In this document: one piece after another, positions 35,471 through 48,135 of the stretch
Numbering within the stretch: the first letter of the stretch is position 1
How the letters are laid out: each line of letters starts with the position of its first letter
From: Squalus acanthias
Taxonomy: Eukaryota
Length of the DNA stretch: 64,000 nt
Reading direction: 5' to 3'
Assembly: GCA_030390025.1 (NCBI GenBank)
Contig: CM059438.1
Location: 64,730,001-64,794,000, forward strand
Made by a program: the position numbers and the translations under genes
Notes under the pieces: generated by a model
Seen by the model: the letters and a program-made list of their open reading frames with translations, nothing else
Databases searched by the model: none
What the model was told of the DNA's origin: nothing

Positions 35471-37287
35471 TCTTTCTAAATCAGTTAACCTTTCTCAAAA
35501 GCAGTACCTTTCAGACATCCGAGTGCAAGGAATTTTGAGGCAACCTCAAGTATAATATCACTCTGAGAAAACCCTTCTGCACCAACCCAGCTCTGATCAT
35601 TCTATCCAAGCACCCCCTCCCCCGGCCACCAACAAGCAGCATGGAGCTGTTGCTGTCCAATGGAGATACAGAGAAGCTAGAGTAGTCATTGCAGACATGG
35701 AACAATCAAAGTGCCACTGTCTATTCTGCTTACAAATCACACTTCATTCCAGAACTTGCTTGACCTTTGTCTTTCCTTCATGAGTTTTGAAGAAAAATTG
35801 GTCTAATTTTTGATATTTCATTTTGTGATAGCCACTTCAAGCTGTCAGATGCTTCATATGGCAGAATAATTTTGTTTTCACTTGCCATGCCATATTCCAT
35901 TTTTTTTAATTGTAGTTAGGGGTCATAAGTGAGTTTAGTTTATATGTATGTTCAGCGCGCACTGACTGTCTGTTGAATACCAAACAGTGTTTGGAAGGGA
36001 GCCAGAAGTATAAATGTTGCTGGGTGTTGTCATATAAAGGGTGAGTGCCAACAATAGAAATGACAGTAAGAATGTGCCACTATTGAAAATCAAAATATAA
36101 GTTGCTGCTAAGCCAAAAAATGCCTCAGTTTTCAATTAGAGATGGGTAGTTTATACAGGACTTGTAAATTATGCTTGTCGGGTATTTCCTTGACCCAGGT
36201 ATGTTTCTGTGAGTTCGTCGTTAGAGCGCGGAAATTCTTAAGATTGAATTGGAAAAGGCGACACATCATTAACACCGTCAAACACTACACGGGCACTGCT
36301 CCTGCTACCTCACTGTGCGGACGATTAGATCTGAGCCATAATGGCTGCAGGTGTGTGTTTGCTGCAAAACAGATGTGTCACCACTGGCATTAAAGGAAGA
36401 CTTGGAAACACAAGCCTAAGGGTGCAATTACACTGCTTCTCCTGTGTCAATGTGAAGCAGTTACAGCTACGCACTGATGCAAAAATATAAGTTGGGTGTC
36501 AGGTCTGGGAGTGCATTAATCCAAGCAGTGAGTGACCTCCCCATACAATTCTTGGACTTCACCACTGCATATCCTGGAGACTTTTGAAATGTCTTTAAGA
36601 TTTGAGACATGTGTTTCTGTCTCCGAGCATTAAAATTTAGCAGCATGGCAGATGGAGCTCTGTGCTTGTGTCCTGTGTCATTGCACTCAGGTTCCAGGCA
36701 CCTCAACACATGGCTGTGTTTTTTGGATCACAATGGGCCATTACCAATTGTTAGTTCATTGGTTGCAGCTTCAGACTTTCCTGTCCAATTTTTAATCCAA
36801 TGTTGAGTCTAAAATGTCAAAATAAAGGAACATAATTGAGGTAGTTATGATGTTCTCTCCCTTTGGCATGTGCTGCAAACTTGATTGGCTATATCAGTGT
36901 GTCTTACTTCCTGTAAGTTTCACACTTACTTCCTTTACCACTTTGCCCATCACACTTTGTTGGTAGCATCCCGATCATTATAAGAGTGCATCCGCCTGCT
37001 CACCAAGAGCAATGCCATGGGAGATCTGCTAGCAATATAATATCATGCATATAAACCACACTTCCTATTATCTCAGTTCTTTATTTCTTACAAAGGTTTC
37101 TTGTTATATTTACTTCCATCACACCTATCTGTCATAATTTTTTTCTTGTGATTAACCTCACCTATTGATTTTGCTTATTTCTGATTCAATCCTCCAACCT
37201 AAGGTAGGTGGCACTGTTGCAGAAATACATTTGAAACCTCCCAGCTCCATCTCCAAGAGAGGTGGTCCACCACCTTTTTAAAAAAAT

Positions 37288-38310
37288 ATTTTATTTGTTT
37301 ATGGGATGTGGGCGTCACTGGCAAGGCCAGCATTTATTGCCCATCCCTAATTGCACTTGAGAAGGTGGTGGTGAGCCGCCGCCTTGAACCGCTGCAGTCC
37401 GTGTGGCGAAGGTACTCCACAGTGCTGTTCCAGGATTTTGACCCAACAACGATGAAGGATCGGCGATATACTTCTAAGTCAGGATAGTGTGTGACTTGGA
37501 GGGGAACTTGGAGGTGGTGGTGTTCCCATGCGCCTGCTGCCCTTGTCCTTCTAGGTGGTAGAGGTCGCGGGTTTGGGAGGTGCTGCCGAAGAAGCCTTGG
37601 CGAGTTGCTGCAGTGCATCTTGTAGATGGTACACACTGCAGCCACGGTGCGCCGGTGGTGGAGTGAGTGAATGTTTAAGGTGGTGGATGGGGTGCCAATC
37701 AAGCGGGCTGCTTTGTCTTGGATGGTGTTGAGCTTCTTGAGTGTTGTTGGAGCTGCACTCATCCAGGCAAGTGGAGAGTATTCCATCACACTCCTGACTT
37801 GTGCCTTGTAGATGGTGGAAAGGCTTTGGGGAGTCAGGAGGTGAGACACTTTCGCAGAATACCTAGCCTCTGACCTGCTCTTGTTGCCACAGTATTTATG
37901 TGACCAGTCCAGTTAAGTTTCTTGTCAATGGTGACCCCCAGGATGTTGATGGTGGGGGATTTGGCGATGGTAATACTGTTGAATGTCAAGGGGAGGTGGT
38001 TAGAATCTCGCTTGTTGGAGATAGTCATTGCCTGGCACTTCTGTGACGCGAATGTTACCTGCCACTTATCAGCCCAAGCCTGAACGTCGTCCAGGTCTTG
38101 TTGCATGTGGGCATGGACTGCTTCATTATCTGAGGAGTTGTGAATGGCGCTGAACACTCTGCAGTCATCAGCGAACATCCCCATCTCTGGCCTTATGTTG
38201 GAGGGAAGGTCATTGATGAAGCAGCTGAAGATGGTTGGGCCTAGGACACTGCCCTGAGGAACTCCTGCAGCGATGTCCTGGGGCTGTGATGATTGACCTT
38301 CAACAACTGT
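37288..38310 (-). mobile_element. HER1-like (CR1-clade) LINE 3' fragment
   Basis: MFADD, QAWADKWQVTF, TIYKAQVRSVMEYSPLAW. Its 3' tail GGGATGGGCAATAAATGCTGGCC...CACATCCCAT is shared with the HE1-like SINEs. Confidence 0.88.
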
Positions 38311-38493
38311 CTTGGAGCAGCTAAAACTAGGCCTGCTGTTTGATGCTGGCTACCTTCTTTTCCCTTCTCCTAGCTACCATCCCGCCACTCTTCTTCCACT
38401 GGGATTCCCCCTCTGTGACTACCCACTGCAACTGGATCCCTCCCTCTCACTTGAACCTCGATTCCCAAGGGCCCTCCCCACTCCCTGTCCCCA

Positions 38494-38745
38494 TGCAGCC
38501 ACATAAGGAGATATTAGGACAGGTGACCAAAAGCTTGGTCAAAGGGGTAGGTTTTAAGGAACGTTTTAAAGGAGGAGAGAGAGGTGGAGAAGTTTACAGA
38601 GGGAATTTCAGAGCTTGGGGCCTAGGCGGCTGAAGGCACGGCCGCCAATGGTGGATCGATAAAAATCGGGGATGGACAAGACGCCAGAAATGGAGGAGTG
38701 CAGAGATCTTGGAGGGTTGTAGGGCTGGAGGTGATTACAGAAACA
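38494..38745 (-). mobile_element. L2-clade LINE 3' fragment
   Basis: Matches 56540-56770 and the reverse complement of 51650-51905. Confidence 0.8.
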
Positions 38746-39808
38746 CAGCCTTTATGACTGCGAGGGGAGCCTTGGGAATTCAGGCTTCTTGAGGTCTTGC
38801 TGTAATAGGGGTGGGTGGGGAGTGTGGCGGTGGGTCTGGTCATGGCAGGCTGGACCACAATCATGAAGGAGACGATGGCAGCTGGAAATAAGTGACGTGA
38901 GGAAACCAGTATTATATTTAAATGAAATATTCAGCAGTAACTATTTTAAATACAGATTCCCCAGGTAAGTGCTAGGGAAATGCTTTTCCATACTTATGGG
39001 AAGTGAAGGGCAGTCATTCTCATTGATACCCATCTTACACTGTCACCCACAAGTGTACATATGTTCTGCCCTTTGCTGCCCACATCTATCATCTCTGCAT
39101 CCACCCCAGTCAATATCCTTATTGCCCTGTTTTTTTGAGTGGCGGCTCGACACTCTCACCCCAGTACTGTCACACCTGAAATCCACCCACTCGCCACCAT
39201 CACATCCAACAATCCCTTCCGATGCTCCCACATCCCAGGACTCCTCTTTTACACCACACCCCTCCCAATTGTTTCAAAAGACCACAACTTTCTCTCCCAG
39301 TGCTCCCATATCCTGCAGCTCACCCCCCCCCGCCACCTATTCTTCCAGGTCCTCGCCCAACTCTCGTACAACATGAGCCCCCCTCCCAGTACTCTGAGTA
39401 CGCTAAGACCACCATCTCAAATTTACCAACCCACACACTGCTCCCCACTTCCCATAGTTCCAACATCCTACCTACTATTTACTTGCAATATCTTCCTCAT
39501 AATCATTGACATGAATCTTGTCATTCATGTGGAAATGACTTATGAAATAATACTGGGCGGCCTGCTGGTGGCGCTGTCCAGGGAGAGTATAAATACTCAG
39601 GCATGGGCCCAGCTTGCTCAGGACATTCTTTAACAGGAACTAGTGAAGGACACAACTAGATCTCCATGTTGAAAAACAGTTGATTAAAGCCTTGTTTAAT
39701 ACTTAGACCAAGTGCCTAGTAGTTTTCTTACGTCAATCATCTTCTGTACCCTGGATTTATTTTTTAAAGTTAAGAAATAAAATTAAATGAACAGTTAAAC
39801 AATTGCAG

Positions 39809-40580
39809 TGCCAACCTTGTCTCAGTTGTAGCACTCTGGCATCTGAGTCAGAAGATGGAAAAGGCTGTTCCCACTAGTTGATGGTACAAGGACTAGGGGA
39901 CACAGATTTAAGGTTTTGGGCAAGAGATACAGGGGGGATGTGAGGGAAAACTTTTTTACGCAACGAGTGGTGAGGACCTGGAATTCGCTGCTGACAGAAG
40001 TGGTGGAAATTGACACACTCAATGATTTCAAGGGGAGACTGGATAGGCACTGGAGGGAAATAAACTTGCAGGGCCACGGGGATAGAGCGGGGAAATGGGG
40101 CTGACTGGATTGCTCTACAGAGAGCCGGCACGGACTCGATCGGCCGAATGGCCTCCTTCTGTGCCGTTATGACTCTATGATGGGTTCAAGCCCCACTCCA
40201 GAGACTTGAGCACATAATCTAGGCTGACACTCCACTGCAGTACTGAGGGAGTGCTGCACTGTTGGATGTGTGAACTTTCATTTGAGACTTTGAACCGAGG
40301 CCCCCATCTGCCCTCTCAGGTGGATGTAAAAGATCCCGTGCTACCATTTGAAGAAAAGCAGGGGATTTCTCCCAGTTTTTTGGCCAACACTCCTTCGAAC
40401 ACCTAAAGCAGGTGATCTGGTCATTTATCTCATTTCTGTCGACGGGACCTTGCTGTGCACAAATAGGCTGCCATGATTCCTACATTACAACAGTGACTAA
40501 AGTTCAGAAGTAATTCCTTGGCTGTGAAGCACTTTGGAATGTCCTGATGTTGTGAAAGGAGCTGTATAAATGCATAGATC
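39809..40580 (+). mobile_element. Deu-domain SINE interrupted by a CR1 3' fragment (~39855-40180)
   Basis: SINE head to TCTGAGTCAGAAG, then CR1 (ENFFTQRVVRTWNSL, ATGACTCTATGA tail), then the SINE resumes at TGGGTTCAAGCCCCACTCC. Confidence 0.85.
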
Positions 40581-41752
40581 TTCTTAACAATCATTTAACA
40601 ATAAGGCCACTGACTTTGCATGCAAATATGCACAGTCAGAAAATTCAAGCCAGAAAATATAAGAAACATGCCTACAATACACTGCAATAAAAACACACTG
40701 TGCCCTATTCAATCCTTGGCAATCAATGGCCCTGGGAATATACTGTACATTACACACCCTATCCTCTGACTCATCGTGAGCAACTCCACTGGAGGTCGGC
40801 TAGTCGTCTACTAAATGTTCAGTGACTACAGCTCTCATCTTCAGTTTTATTTGGATACATTTACGTCAATATCAACTATTCATTTCATTCTTATAGCTAG
40901 ATCGACACTGGATGGCAACAATATCACCTCCAGGTATTGGATTTCATTTGGTCTTTTAAAAAGTTAAGCAGGTGTCGATTTTTTGTTTAAGCTCCCTTCA
41001 ATTACCAAGTTGCAAGACGATAAAACAATGTTGGAATTACGAGACCCTCAGGACAGCTGAAATTGTGATAAAAACAGGTGCCTGCTGTAACATACTGATG
41101 CTGGATATATTGCTCCTCAGACTTTCTGCTATCTTTTATTATACAGTTTTCATTTCCAAGTACAGTCAATGAATAAATAACTTGTCATTGATCTGGGCTC
41201 ACTTTGGTGTATTCCCTCAGCAGAAATTCATCTTTGAGCTGTGACACATTTGTCTATGTGGCCGACAACTTCTGTGGACCGGCTACGAACCGCATGTACA
41301 TAATGGATCGCGGGGAAGAAGTGACAAGGCTGCAGAGTGACTAGCAGGGGCCAGACTGAAGCTTGGTTGCTTTGTAAGGATCACATGGTCACATTGCAGC
41401 CTTGAAATCTCATTGTACATTTTCTTACATAGCTGCGGTGCAGTTTTTTTTCCAGTGTTTTAAGTTCCAGCAGCAGTTCCATTATGTGCACAGGCTTTTG
41501 ACTTAAACCCACAAATGTATCGCAAGTAGCACTGCCAGCTTATTAATAAGTCAACAGTCATAATTTACCATCACAAATGCAGTGGATTTAGCTGGTCTTT
41601 TCACCGTTAAGTGAGAAAAATGATGCCATTGTGTTGGCATTTATAGTCTTTTTATTAAGTTATTATAGGACTCACGGCTGAGCTATCTCCTATTCTTGCA
41701 ATGGACAAAACTTTTTTTTAGTCAGTCTTGTTTTTTCATAAAGATTTTGAGG

Positions 41753-42040
41753 TGTCAGCCTTGGCTCAGTGGTAACGCTCTCGTCTCTGAGTCCAAAGGG
41801 CTGGTGGTTCAGGCCCCACTCCAGAGGCTTGAACACATTATCTAGTGAGGGTATTATCCTGGTGTCCTGGCCAATATTTATCCCTCAACCACCACCGCCA
41901 AAAAAAAAACTATTATCTCATGGCTGATTGTGGCATCTTGCTGTGCACAAATTGGATGCCATGTTTCCCTATATTACAACAGTGACTACACTACACTTCA
42001 AATAGTACTTAACTGGCTGTAAAGTGCTTTGCTACACCAT
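41753..42040 (+). mobile_element. Deu-domain SINE with internal deletion
   Basis: Head and distal body match the other copies. Confidence 0.8.
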
Positions 42041-42051
42041 GTGGTTGTTGT

Positions 42052-42450
42052 TTTTTATTTGTTCATGGGAATGTGGGCGTCGCTGGCAGGCCAGCATTTA
42101 TTACCCATCCCTAATTGCCCGTGGAGAAGGTGCTGGTGAGCCATGTTCTTGAAACCGCAGAGGGCAGTTAAGAGTCAACCACATTGCTGTGGGTCTGGAG
42201 TCACATTTAGGCCAGACCGGGTAAGGACGGCAGATTTCCTTCCCTAAAAGACATTAGTGAAGCGCATGGTTTTTTACGACAAGCCAGTAGTTTCATGGCC
42301 ACCATTACTGACCCTAGTTTTTAATTCCAGATTTATTTAATTTAAATTCCCCAGCTGCCTGTGGTGGGATTCAAACTCATGTCTCCATATCATTAATCCA
42401 GGTCTCTGGATTACTAGTCCAGTCACATAACCACTATGCTACCGTACCCT
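42052..42450 (-). mobile_element. HE1-like SINE
   Basis: Minus-strand head GGGTACGGTAGCATAGTGGTTATGTGACTGGACTAGTAATCCAGAG, B-box-like GAGTTTGAATCCC, and HER1-type 3' tail. Confidence 0.85.
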
Positions 42451-42726
42451 TGTAAAATATATTCTGATGATTATTGGCCCAGTTTATTTGGTGACTATAT
42501 ACAGGAAACTCTCGTTTAACCGGCACCTAAATACCCGGAATTCTCTATTAACCGGCAAAAATCATACTCCGAAAACTCCTCTCAAATAACCGGCAATGTT
42601 GCCGAGTCCGAGTCCGAGTCTCCCGCGAACGCCGAGTTAGTCAGTGGGGGTAGTTCTCCAAAGTGCCACTACTCGGCTTCCTGGCGCTGTCGGAAGTCCG
42701 AACACTGCAATAACAGGAGTCTGATT

Positions 42727-42966
42727 CTCCCGCGCTGCCGGGAGTCTCTTCTGATCGGCCATTTTACTGTGTGTCTCCCGCGCTGCTGGTAGTCTCTTCT
42801 GATACACCATTTTACTGTGTGTCTCCCGTGCTGCTGGTAGTCTCTTCCTAGCCACCATTGTTCTGTGTGTCTGCCACGCTGCTGGTAGTCTCTTCTGATC
42901 CACCATTTTACTGTGTGTCTGCCACGCTGCTGGTAGTCTCTTCCTAGCCACCATTGTTCTGTGTGT
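42727..42966. repeat. 48-bp tandem repeat x5 in the Tigger 5' region
   Basis: Unit CT(C/G)CC(G/A)CGCTGCTGGTAGTCTCTTC...CCATT(TTA/GTT)CTGTGTGT. It produces the 16-aa periodic spurious ORFs on the minus strand. Confidence 0.95.
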
Positions 42967-43007
42967 CTCTCCATCTTTATCGGGAATTATCTCCCCCATT
43001 TTGCATT

Positions 43008-44774
43008 ATGGAATTCCCAAAAGCTGGTCCAAGCAAAAGGAAGAGAGTGGTCTTAACTTTAAAACAGAAAATCGAGATATGCCAACGACTAGAAAGGGGA
43101 GAGAAGCGTATCAACATTATGAATGAATTCAAAATCGGTTCGTCAACAATCTACGACATCAAATCGCAGAAGGATAAGCTGCTCAAGTTTTATTCAAGCT
43201 CGGAGACATGTAAGAGTGTAGAGAAATGGCGTACACTTCGTAAGCCTAAGCTTGAAGAGCTGGATACCGTGCTTTATGAATGGTTTTCTCTTAAGCGTTC
43301 AGAGGGTGTTCCAATTTCCGGACCCATGCTAATCGAGAAAACGAAGGATTTCTACGAAAGGATGGAGCTCACTGACAAGTGTGCTTTCTCCGAGGGATGG
43401 CTAACGTGCTTCAAGTTACGGCACGGGATACGACGACTCGATATTTTCGGGGAGAAGAAATCAGCTGATCACGACGCCGCAGAAGAATACTGCGATTATT
43501 TCAATCGGATTGTGCAGCAACATGATTTGTCGCCAGCACAGATATGTAATGCCGATGAAACTGGCTTGTTTTGGAGGTTTTTGCCAGAATCAATGCTTGC
43601 TGGGGCTAGTGAGGCTAATGCTTCAGGTTACAAGAAAAATAAAGATTGTGTAACCGTGCTAACATGTGCTAGCGCTGCTGGATCACACCGGGTTAAACTT
43701 TTTGTTATTGGGAAGTATAAAAATCCCCGTGCATTTAAAAATGTGAGGCACTTACCTGTTGAGTACAAAGCTCAAAAAAATGCTTGGATGGATAAGGAAA
43801 TCTTCTCCGATTGGTTCCATCATATTTTTGTTCCATCTGTGAGGGAACATTTCCGTAAAATAGGGAAACCTGAAGATAGCAAATGCATTTTATTGCTTGA
43901 TAATTGTAGAGCCCATCCGCATGAATCCGAGTTGGTTTCGGGAAATATTTTCACCATTTATTTGCCACCAAATGTAACTTCTCTCATCCAACCCATGGAC
44001 CAGGGCGTTATCCAAAATCTGAAGTGTCATTACAAGAAAGACTTCCTACGTAAACTGATAAGCCAAGATGACAATATTCACGCATTTGAGAAGGAATACA
44101 ATATTAAAGATGCCATCTATAATGTTGCATGTTCCTGGAACTTTGTGAAATGTCACACTCTGAGGCAAGCCTGGCGCAAATTGTGGTCTTCTGTAATGTT
44201 TGCTGAAGGTTCTTCTTCAGAGGAGGAATTTCATGGGTTCAATGTTCGTCCCAAGAAGAGTACAATAATGGAAATGGCTGGCATGGTGAAAAATGCAGGC
44301 CCAGCAAACCCTCTACGTCACCTCAGTGAAAGTGATATCGAGCAGTGGGTTGATGCAGATAGAGAAGAGGGTGTTGTGCATATGCTAAGTGATGATGAAA
44401 TAATTGAGAATGTTTTGAATCCAAAGAAAGAAAAGGAAAGTGAGATGGAAAGTGAAGAGGATGATATTTCTGAAGAGAACACGATTTCTTGGGCTAAAGC
44501 TGCAGAAGGATTTTCTTCAATCCTCAAATTTACTGAAAGGCAGACTTGCTACTCTGCCCAAGAAGTTATGCAACTCCATATTCTGCATTCCACGTTTCTA
44601 CAGAAAAGGCAAGAGTCCACTAAGCAAACTGACATCCGCAACATGTTTAAGAAAGCTTCCAAAAGAGTCAAAGCAGCGAAAGTGCCTGAAGAATCTGTGG
44701 AATCTGTGGAACTGCATGACCCTGCTGATCCAGCTGGCACGGATATTCCTGATGAACCAGATGACTCAGAATAA
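43008..44774 (+). CDS. Tigger/Jerky-like (CENP-B family) transposase, 588 aa, uninterrupted
   Basis: [27 protein letters not shown]...GPMLIEK and [15 protein letters not shown] (CENP-B HTH). Catalytic NADETGLFW / LLLDNCRAH / IQPMDQGVI with DD32D spacing. Acidic C-terminus. Confidence 0.93.
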   Translation: MEFPKAGPSKRKRVVLTLKQKIEICQRLERGEKRINIMNEFKIGSSTIYDIKSQKDKLLKFYSSSETCKSVEKWRTLRKPKLEELDTVLYEWFSLKRSEGVPISGPMLIEKTKDFYERMELTDKCAFSEGWLTCFKLRHGIRRLDIFGEKKSADHDAAEEYCDYFNRIVQQHDLSPAQICNADETGLFWRFLPESMLAGASEANASGYKKNKDCVTVLTCASAAGSHRVKLFVIGKYKNPRAFKNVRHLPVEYKAQKNAWMDKEIFSDWFHHIFVPSVREHFRKIGKPEDSKCILLLDNCRAHPHESELVSGNIFTIYLPPNVTSLIQPMDQGVIQNLKCHYKKDFLRKLISQDDNIHAFEKEYNIKDAIYNVACSWNFVKCHTLRQAWRKLWSSVMFAEGSSSEEEFHGFNVRPKKSTIMEMAGMVKNAGPANPLRHLSESDIEQWVDADREEGVVHMLSDDEIIENVLNPKKEKESEMESEEDDISEENTISWAKAAEGFSSILKFTERQTCYSAQEVMQLHILHSTFLQKRQESTKQTDIRNMFKKASKRVKAAKVPEESVESVELHDPADPAGTDIPDEPDDSE

Positions 44775-45227
44775 GTGTACAGTCAACTACAGTACTGTAT
44801 ACAGTCATTTATTAGTTTTGTTTTACTGCTAAGTAATTAAAGAGTTATGGACTACCCTCAACTGGCAGTACTGTACTTAATCAAGCATCTTCCACCATCC
44901 ATTTAACACAACATTCTATAAGTGAGTACCCAAATACTGTATACTGCACATTTCTTGATTTTTTTATTTTTGTTTGTTAAAAATAGCCTCGGTAGAGATA
45001 ACTCTCCGTTATCCGGAATTTTTGTTCAACCGGCACCACCCCGGTCCCGTCGGTGCCGGATACCAAAGAGTTTCCTGTACAAAGTAATGGTTGCTGCTCT
45101 GTAGTTACGAGTGAAGCATATTGCAATTCTCCATTTTATAGTATGACGTATTAACTTATTTAAATAGTAGCCTTTTATGACACCTGTTTCCACATTATTT
45201 TTACATGTCAGCACAATATAAAAATAA

Positions 45228-45340
45228 AGAAAGAAAGACTAACATTTATATAGTGCCTTTCATGACCTCAGGACATCCCAAAGCGCTTTACAGCCAATGA
45301 AGTACTTTTGAAGTGTTGTCACTGCTGTAATGTAGGTAAC
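45228..45340 (-). mobile_element. Deu-domain SINE 3' fragment
   Basis: Reverse complement of the SINE tail. Confidence 0.75.
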
Positions 45341-46676
45341 AAAGCCATATATGTAAAATAGAAACTGTAGTTATGCCAATGCCAACCCTTTGGGCACCCC
45401 AGTTATTACTCCCAACCCCAGCCAGCCCCAACGTAACACCTCAAACGAGCAGTTATTGTTTTCTGCCTTTCAGCCAATTTCTCATCCACTCCCAGGGTGT
45501 ACCCTGAATCCCTTTAATTTTAATTATTAGCCTTTCATGTGGGATTTTGTGAGGTTTTTTTGGAAGTTTAGGTACACTATGTCAAAGGGCTTTCCACAGT
45601 CCACTTGGGTTGTCTATTCCTTCAAGAAGTCCAAGAGATTGGTCAAACAGAATCTTTCCCTTCTGAATCCACGCTAACTGCTGCTTACTGAATTAGCATT
45701 GTGTAAGTAATCTTCAGCTTGGCTCCTGATACTTCAGTTATTTTACACGGAATGCTAAATTTGCTATAAAGAATCTATTACGAGCCTATGTTTAAACTTA
45801 GTAAAATGTGAATAAAATAATGCACGTATATCGTTTGATGTAAATGGACACAATGGAATTCTTCCTTGTCTACCCTTGGGATCGAGGAGAAATGTTTTAT
45901 CATTGTCCCTTAGTTGGCAAACAAGTGAAGTTGCTGCATAATGGACAATATTGTATATTGTTGTGGAAGGAGCAGGATTGACGAACTAAGCAGCTTTTTC
46001 TTGTTGTACTCTGAGGCACTGGAGAAGGTGCAAAAAAGATTTACAAGGGTGATACCAGAACTGAGAGATTATAACTCACAGGAAATACTGAACAGACTGG
46101 GGCTCTTTTCTCTAGAAAAGAGAAGGCTGAGAGGTGACCTGATCAAGGACTTTAAAATTATGAAGGGGTTTGATAGGGTAGAGGTAGACAAGACGGCCGC
46201 GATTTTGTCGGCGCTCAGAGGGCAGGTTTGGAGACGGGTCCAGAGTTAAAATCCGAATGATTGACGGCAGATCCCGCCTCCACACAACACCAAGGGGCTA
46301 GGAGAGCCACTTAAAGCAGTTAACAGCTTGTTAACTGCCTGGATAATCCGATTTTAAGCGGCTGTTCCCACTTTGCAACATTTTCAGCGTGTTGCCCATT
46401 GTGTGACAAACACGCCAGCTGATTGTGGCGGGTTCAGCAACTAACTGAATACTTGAGAGCTGCACCTGCAGCATAAAAGCTGACCTGTAACATGAGCTCA
46501 CTTTCAGATGCCAGAACTTTGTGTTTTGAGGTTTTGGAACTATTTTGCAGGTCTATTGAGCTTGTGAGTGTGTAAGATGAGATCCATATGCACTGTGACC
46601 TCCTTGGAAAACCCTCTCCCCACATTGACTGAGTGCTTATAACATCTATTCCTCAACTGAGATATATGCCAGCAGA

Positions 46677-47822
46677 ATGGGAACTATTTATACCCTCTCA
46701 TCCTGGTCCTCAGAATCGGAGGAAGAGCAGCCACGGCAGCAGCAGAATGAGGCACAACAGCAGCGCCAACAACAACAGGAGCGCCAACCTCCTCCTCAGC
46801 CACCTGATGCTGCACAGGGCAGAGGGCGTCAGCGCAGGGCTGCACCGCGCCGCAGGAGATACCCCCAACACAGGGTTTACAGGCCGAGGATGAGCTTCCT
46901 CAGCATGAGTGAGCAGCAGTGCCAAAGGAGGCTGAGACTTTCGCGAGAGGTTGTTGCTGACATCTGCACAATGCTGCACCAACACCTGGAGCCCAGCGGA
47001 GCGGGTGGACACTCCTTACCAGTGGCTGTTAAAGTCACCACCGCACTCAACTTCTTTGCTTCAGGGTCCTTCCAGAGATCAGCAGCAGACGTAAGCGTCA
47101 TCTCCCAGTCGGCCGCACATACTTGCATTACGCAGGTTACCGATGCCCTCTTTGCCAAGTCGCACAATTACATCCACTTCTCCACGGATGAAGCAAGTTT
47201 TACCGTGCGTACGGTTGGCTTTGCAAATATGGCAGGCTTCCCAAGGGTGCAGGGCATCGTAGACTGTATGCATGTGGCCATTAGGGCACCCCATCACAAC
47301 CCAGCTGTATTTGTGAACCGCAAGGGCTTCCACTCCCTTAACGTCCAGCTGCTGTGTAACCACAGGAAGAACATCATGCATGTTTGTGCCAAGTTCCCTG
47401 GCAGTTGCCATGACTCATTCATCCTGCAGCAGTCTACTGTGTCTCAGCTGTTCAATCTGCCAACCCAACTTTCCAGATGGCTCCTTGGAGACAAGGGCTA
47501 TCCCCTGAAGATGTGGCTAATGACACTGATGAGGAGGCCATCAAACGAAGCTGAGGAGCGCTACAATGTGAGCCACATTTCCACCAGAAACATCATAGAG
47601 CAAACCATCGGCTTGCTCAAAATGCGCTTCAGATGCCTTGACAGATCTGGTGGAGCCCTACAGTATGCACCAGCCAGGGTCTCCAGAATCATTGTGATCT
47701 GCTGTGCCCTGCACAACATCGCACAGCAGCGTGGCTTAGCGCTGCCTGAGGAACAAGTGGCTCAGCACACAGGAGGCAGCTGTGGCAGTTCCACCAGCAC
47801 ACAAGCACTTTGCTGGTCGTGA
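46677..47822 (+). CDS. Harbinger (HARBI1-like) DDE transposase, 381 aa, open through the catalytic core
   Basis: [65 protein letters not shown]. The extreme C-terminus is probably frameshifted: REAGIH/LIHARF-like sequence lies in other frames at ~47820-47860. Confidence 0.85.
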   Translation: MGTIYTLSSWSSESEEEQPRQQQNEAQQQRQQQQERQPPPQPPDAAQGRGRQRRAAPRRRRYPQHRVYRPRMSFLSMSEQQCQRRLRLSREVVADICTMLHQHLEPSGAGGHSLPVAVKVTTALNFFASGSFQRSAADVSVISQSAAHTCITQVTDALFAKSHNYIHFSTDEASFTVRTVGFANMAGFPRVQGIVDCMHVAIRAPHHNPAVFVNRKGFHSLNVQLLCNHRKNIMHVCAKFPGSCHDSFILQQSTVSQLFNLPTQLSRWLLGDKGYPLKMWLMTLMRRPSNEAEERYNVSHISTRNIIEQTIGLLKMRFRCLDRSGGALQYAPARVSRIIVICCALHNIAQQRGLALPEEQVAQHTGGSCGSSTSTQALCWS

Positions 47823-48135
47823 GGCAGGGATACACTAATCCATGCCAGATTCGCGCAAGTTTACACAGCAAACACATGTGGCTGGCACACAAAATGCGTG
47901 TCTGTCCAACCTTCTTAACACACCATACAGCATCTGTACAATAAACTGTGCTTTCCTATCACTCTCCCCACCATCATTACAGATGAAAGGCGCCCTGGCC
48001 CCTCTCTGTGCAACTTCCATTTCTGAGCACACATAGGCCAACTCTTTGACATTGCATTTCTTTAATACAATTGAAATAATGATGAGAAACATAACTTTGT
48101 ATTAGATCCAAACACCCAAGTGACTGCCCTTGTGA

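Larger units (their letters stand above)
42502..45077 (+). mobile_element. Full-length pogo/Tigger-family (Tc1/mariner) DNA transposon, 2576 bp
   Basis: TA TSD (42500-42501, 45078-45079). 26-bp TIRs CAGGAAACTCT...CCGGCACC, 21/26 identical. Single transposase ORF. Confidence 0.96.

Noticed and set aside
39555..39600. GC box plus TATAAAT as a host promoter
   Set aside because: No CpG island or downstream exon is evident, and such short motifs are expected by chance.
42637..42999. Minus-strand ORFs with 16-aa repeats; array superficially CRISPR-like
   Set aside because: These are translations of a 48-bp minisatellite. There are no unique spacers and no cas genes, and the context is a eukaryotic transposon.
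43008..44774. Assignment as host gene JRK/JRKL/TIGD
   Set aside because: TIRs and a TA TSD flank the ORF, indicating a transposon copy. Orthology cannot be established by eye.
46677..47822. Assignment as host HARBI1 (and MSANTD/NAIF1 for the Myb ORFs)
   Set aside because: The ORFs lie within TIR/TSD-bounded elements, and one is inserted in a CR1 fragment.
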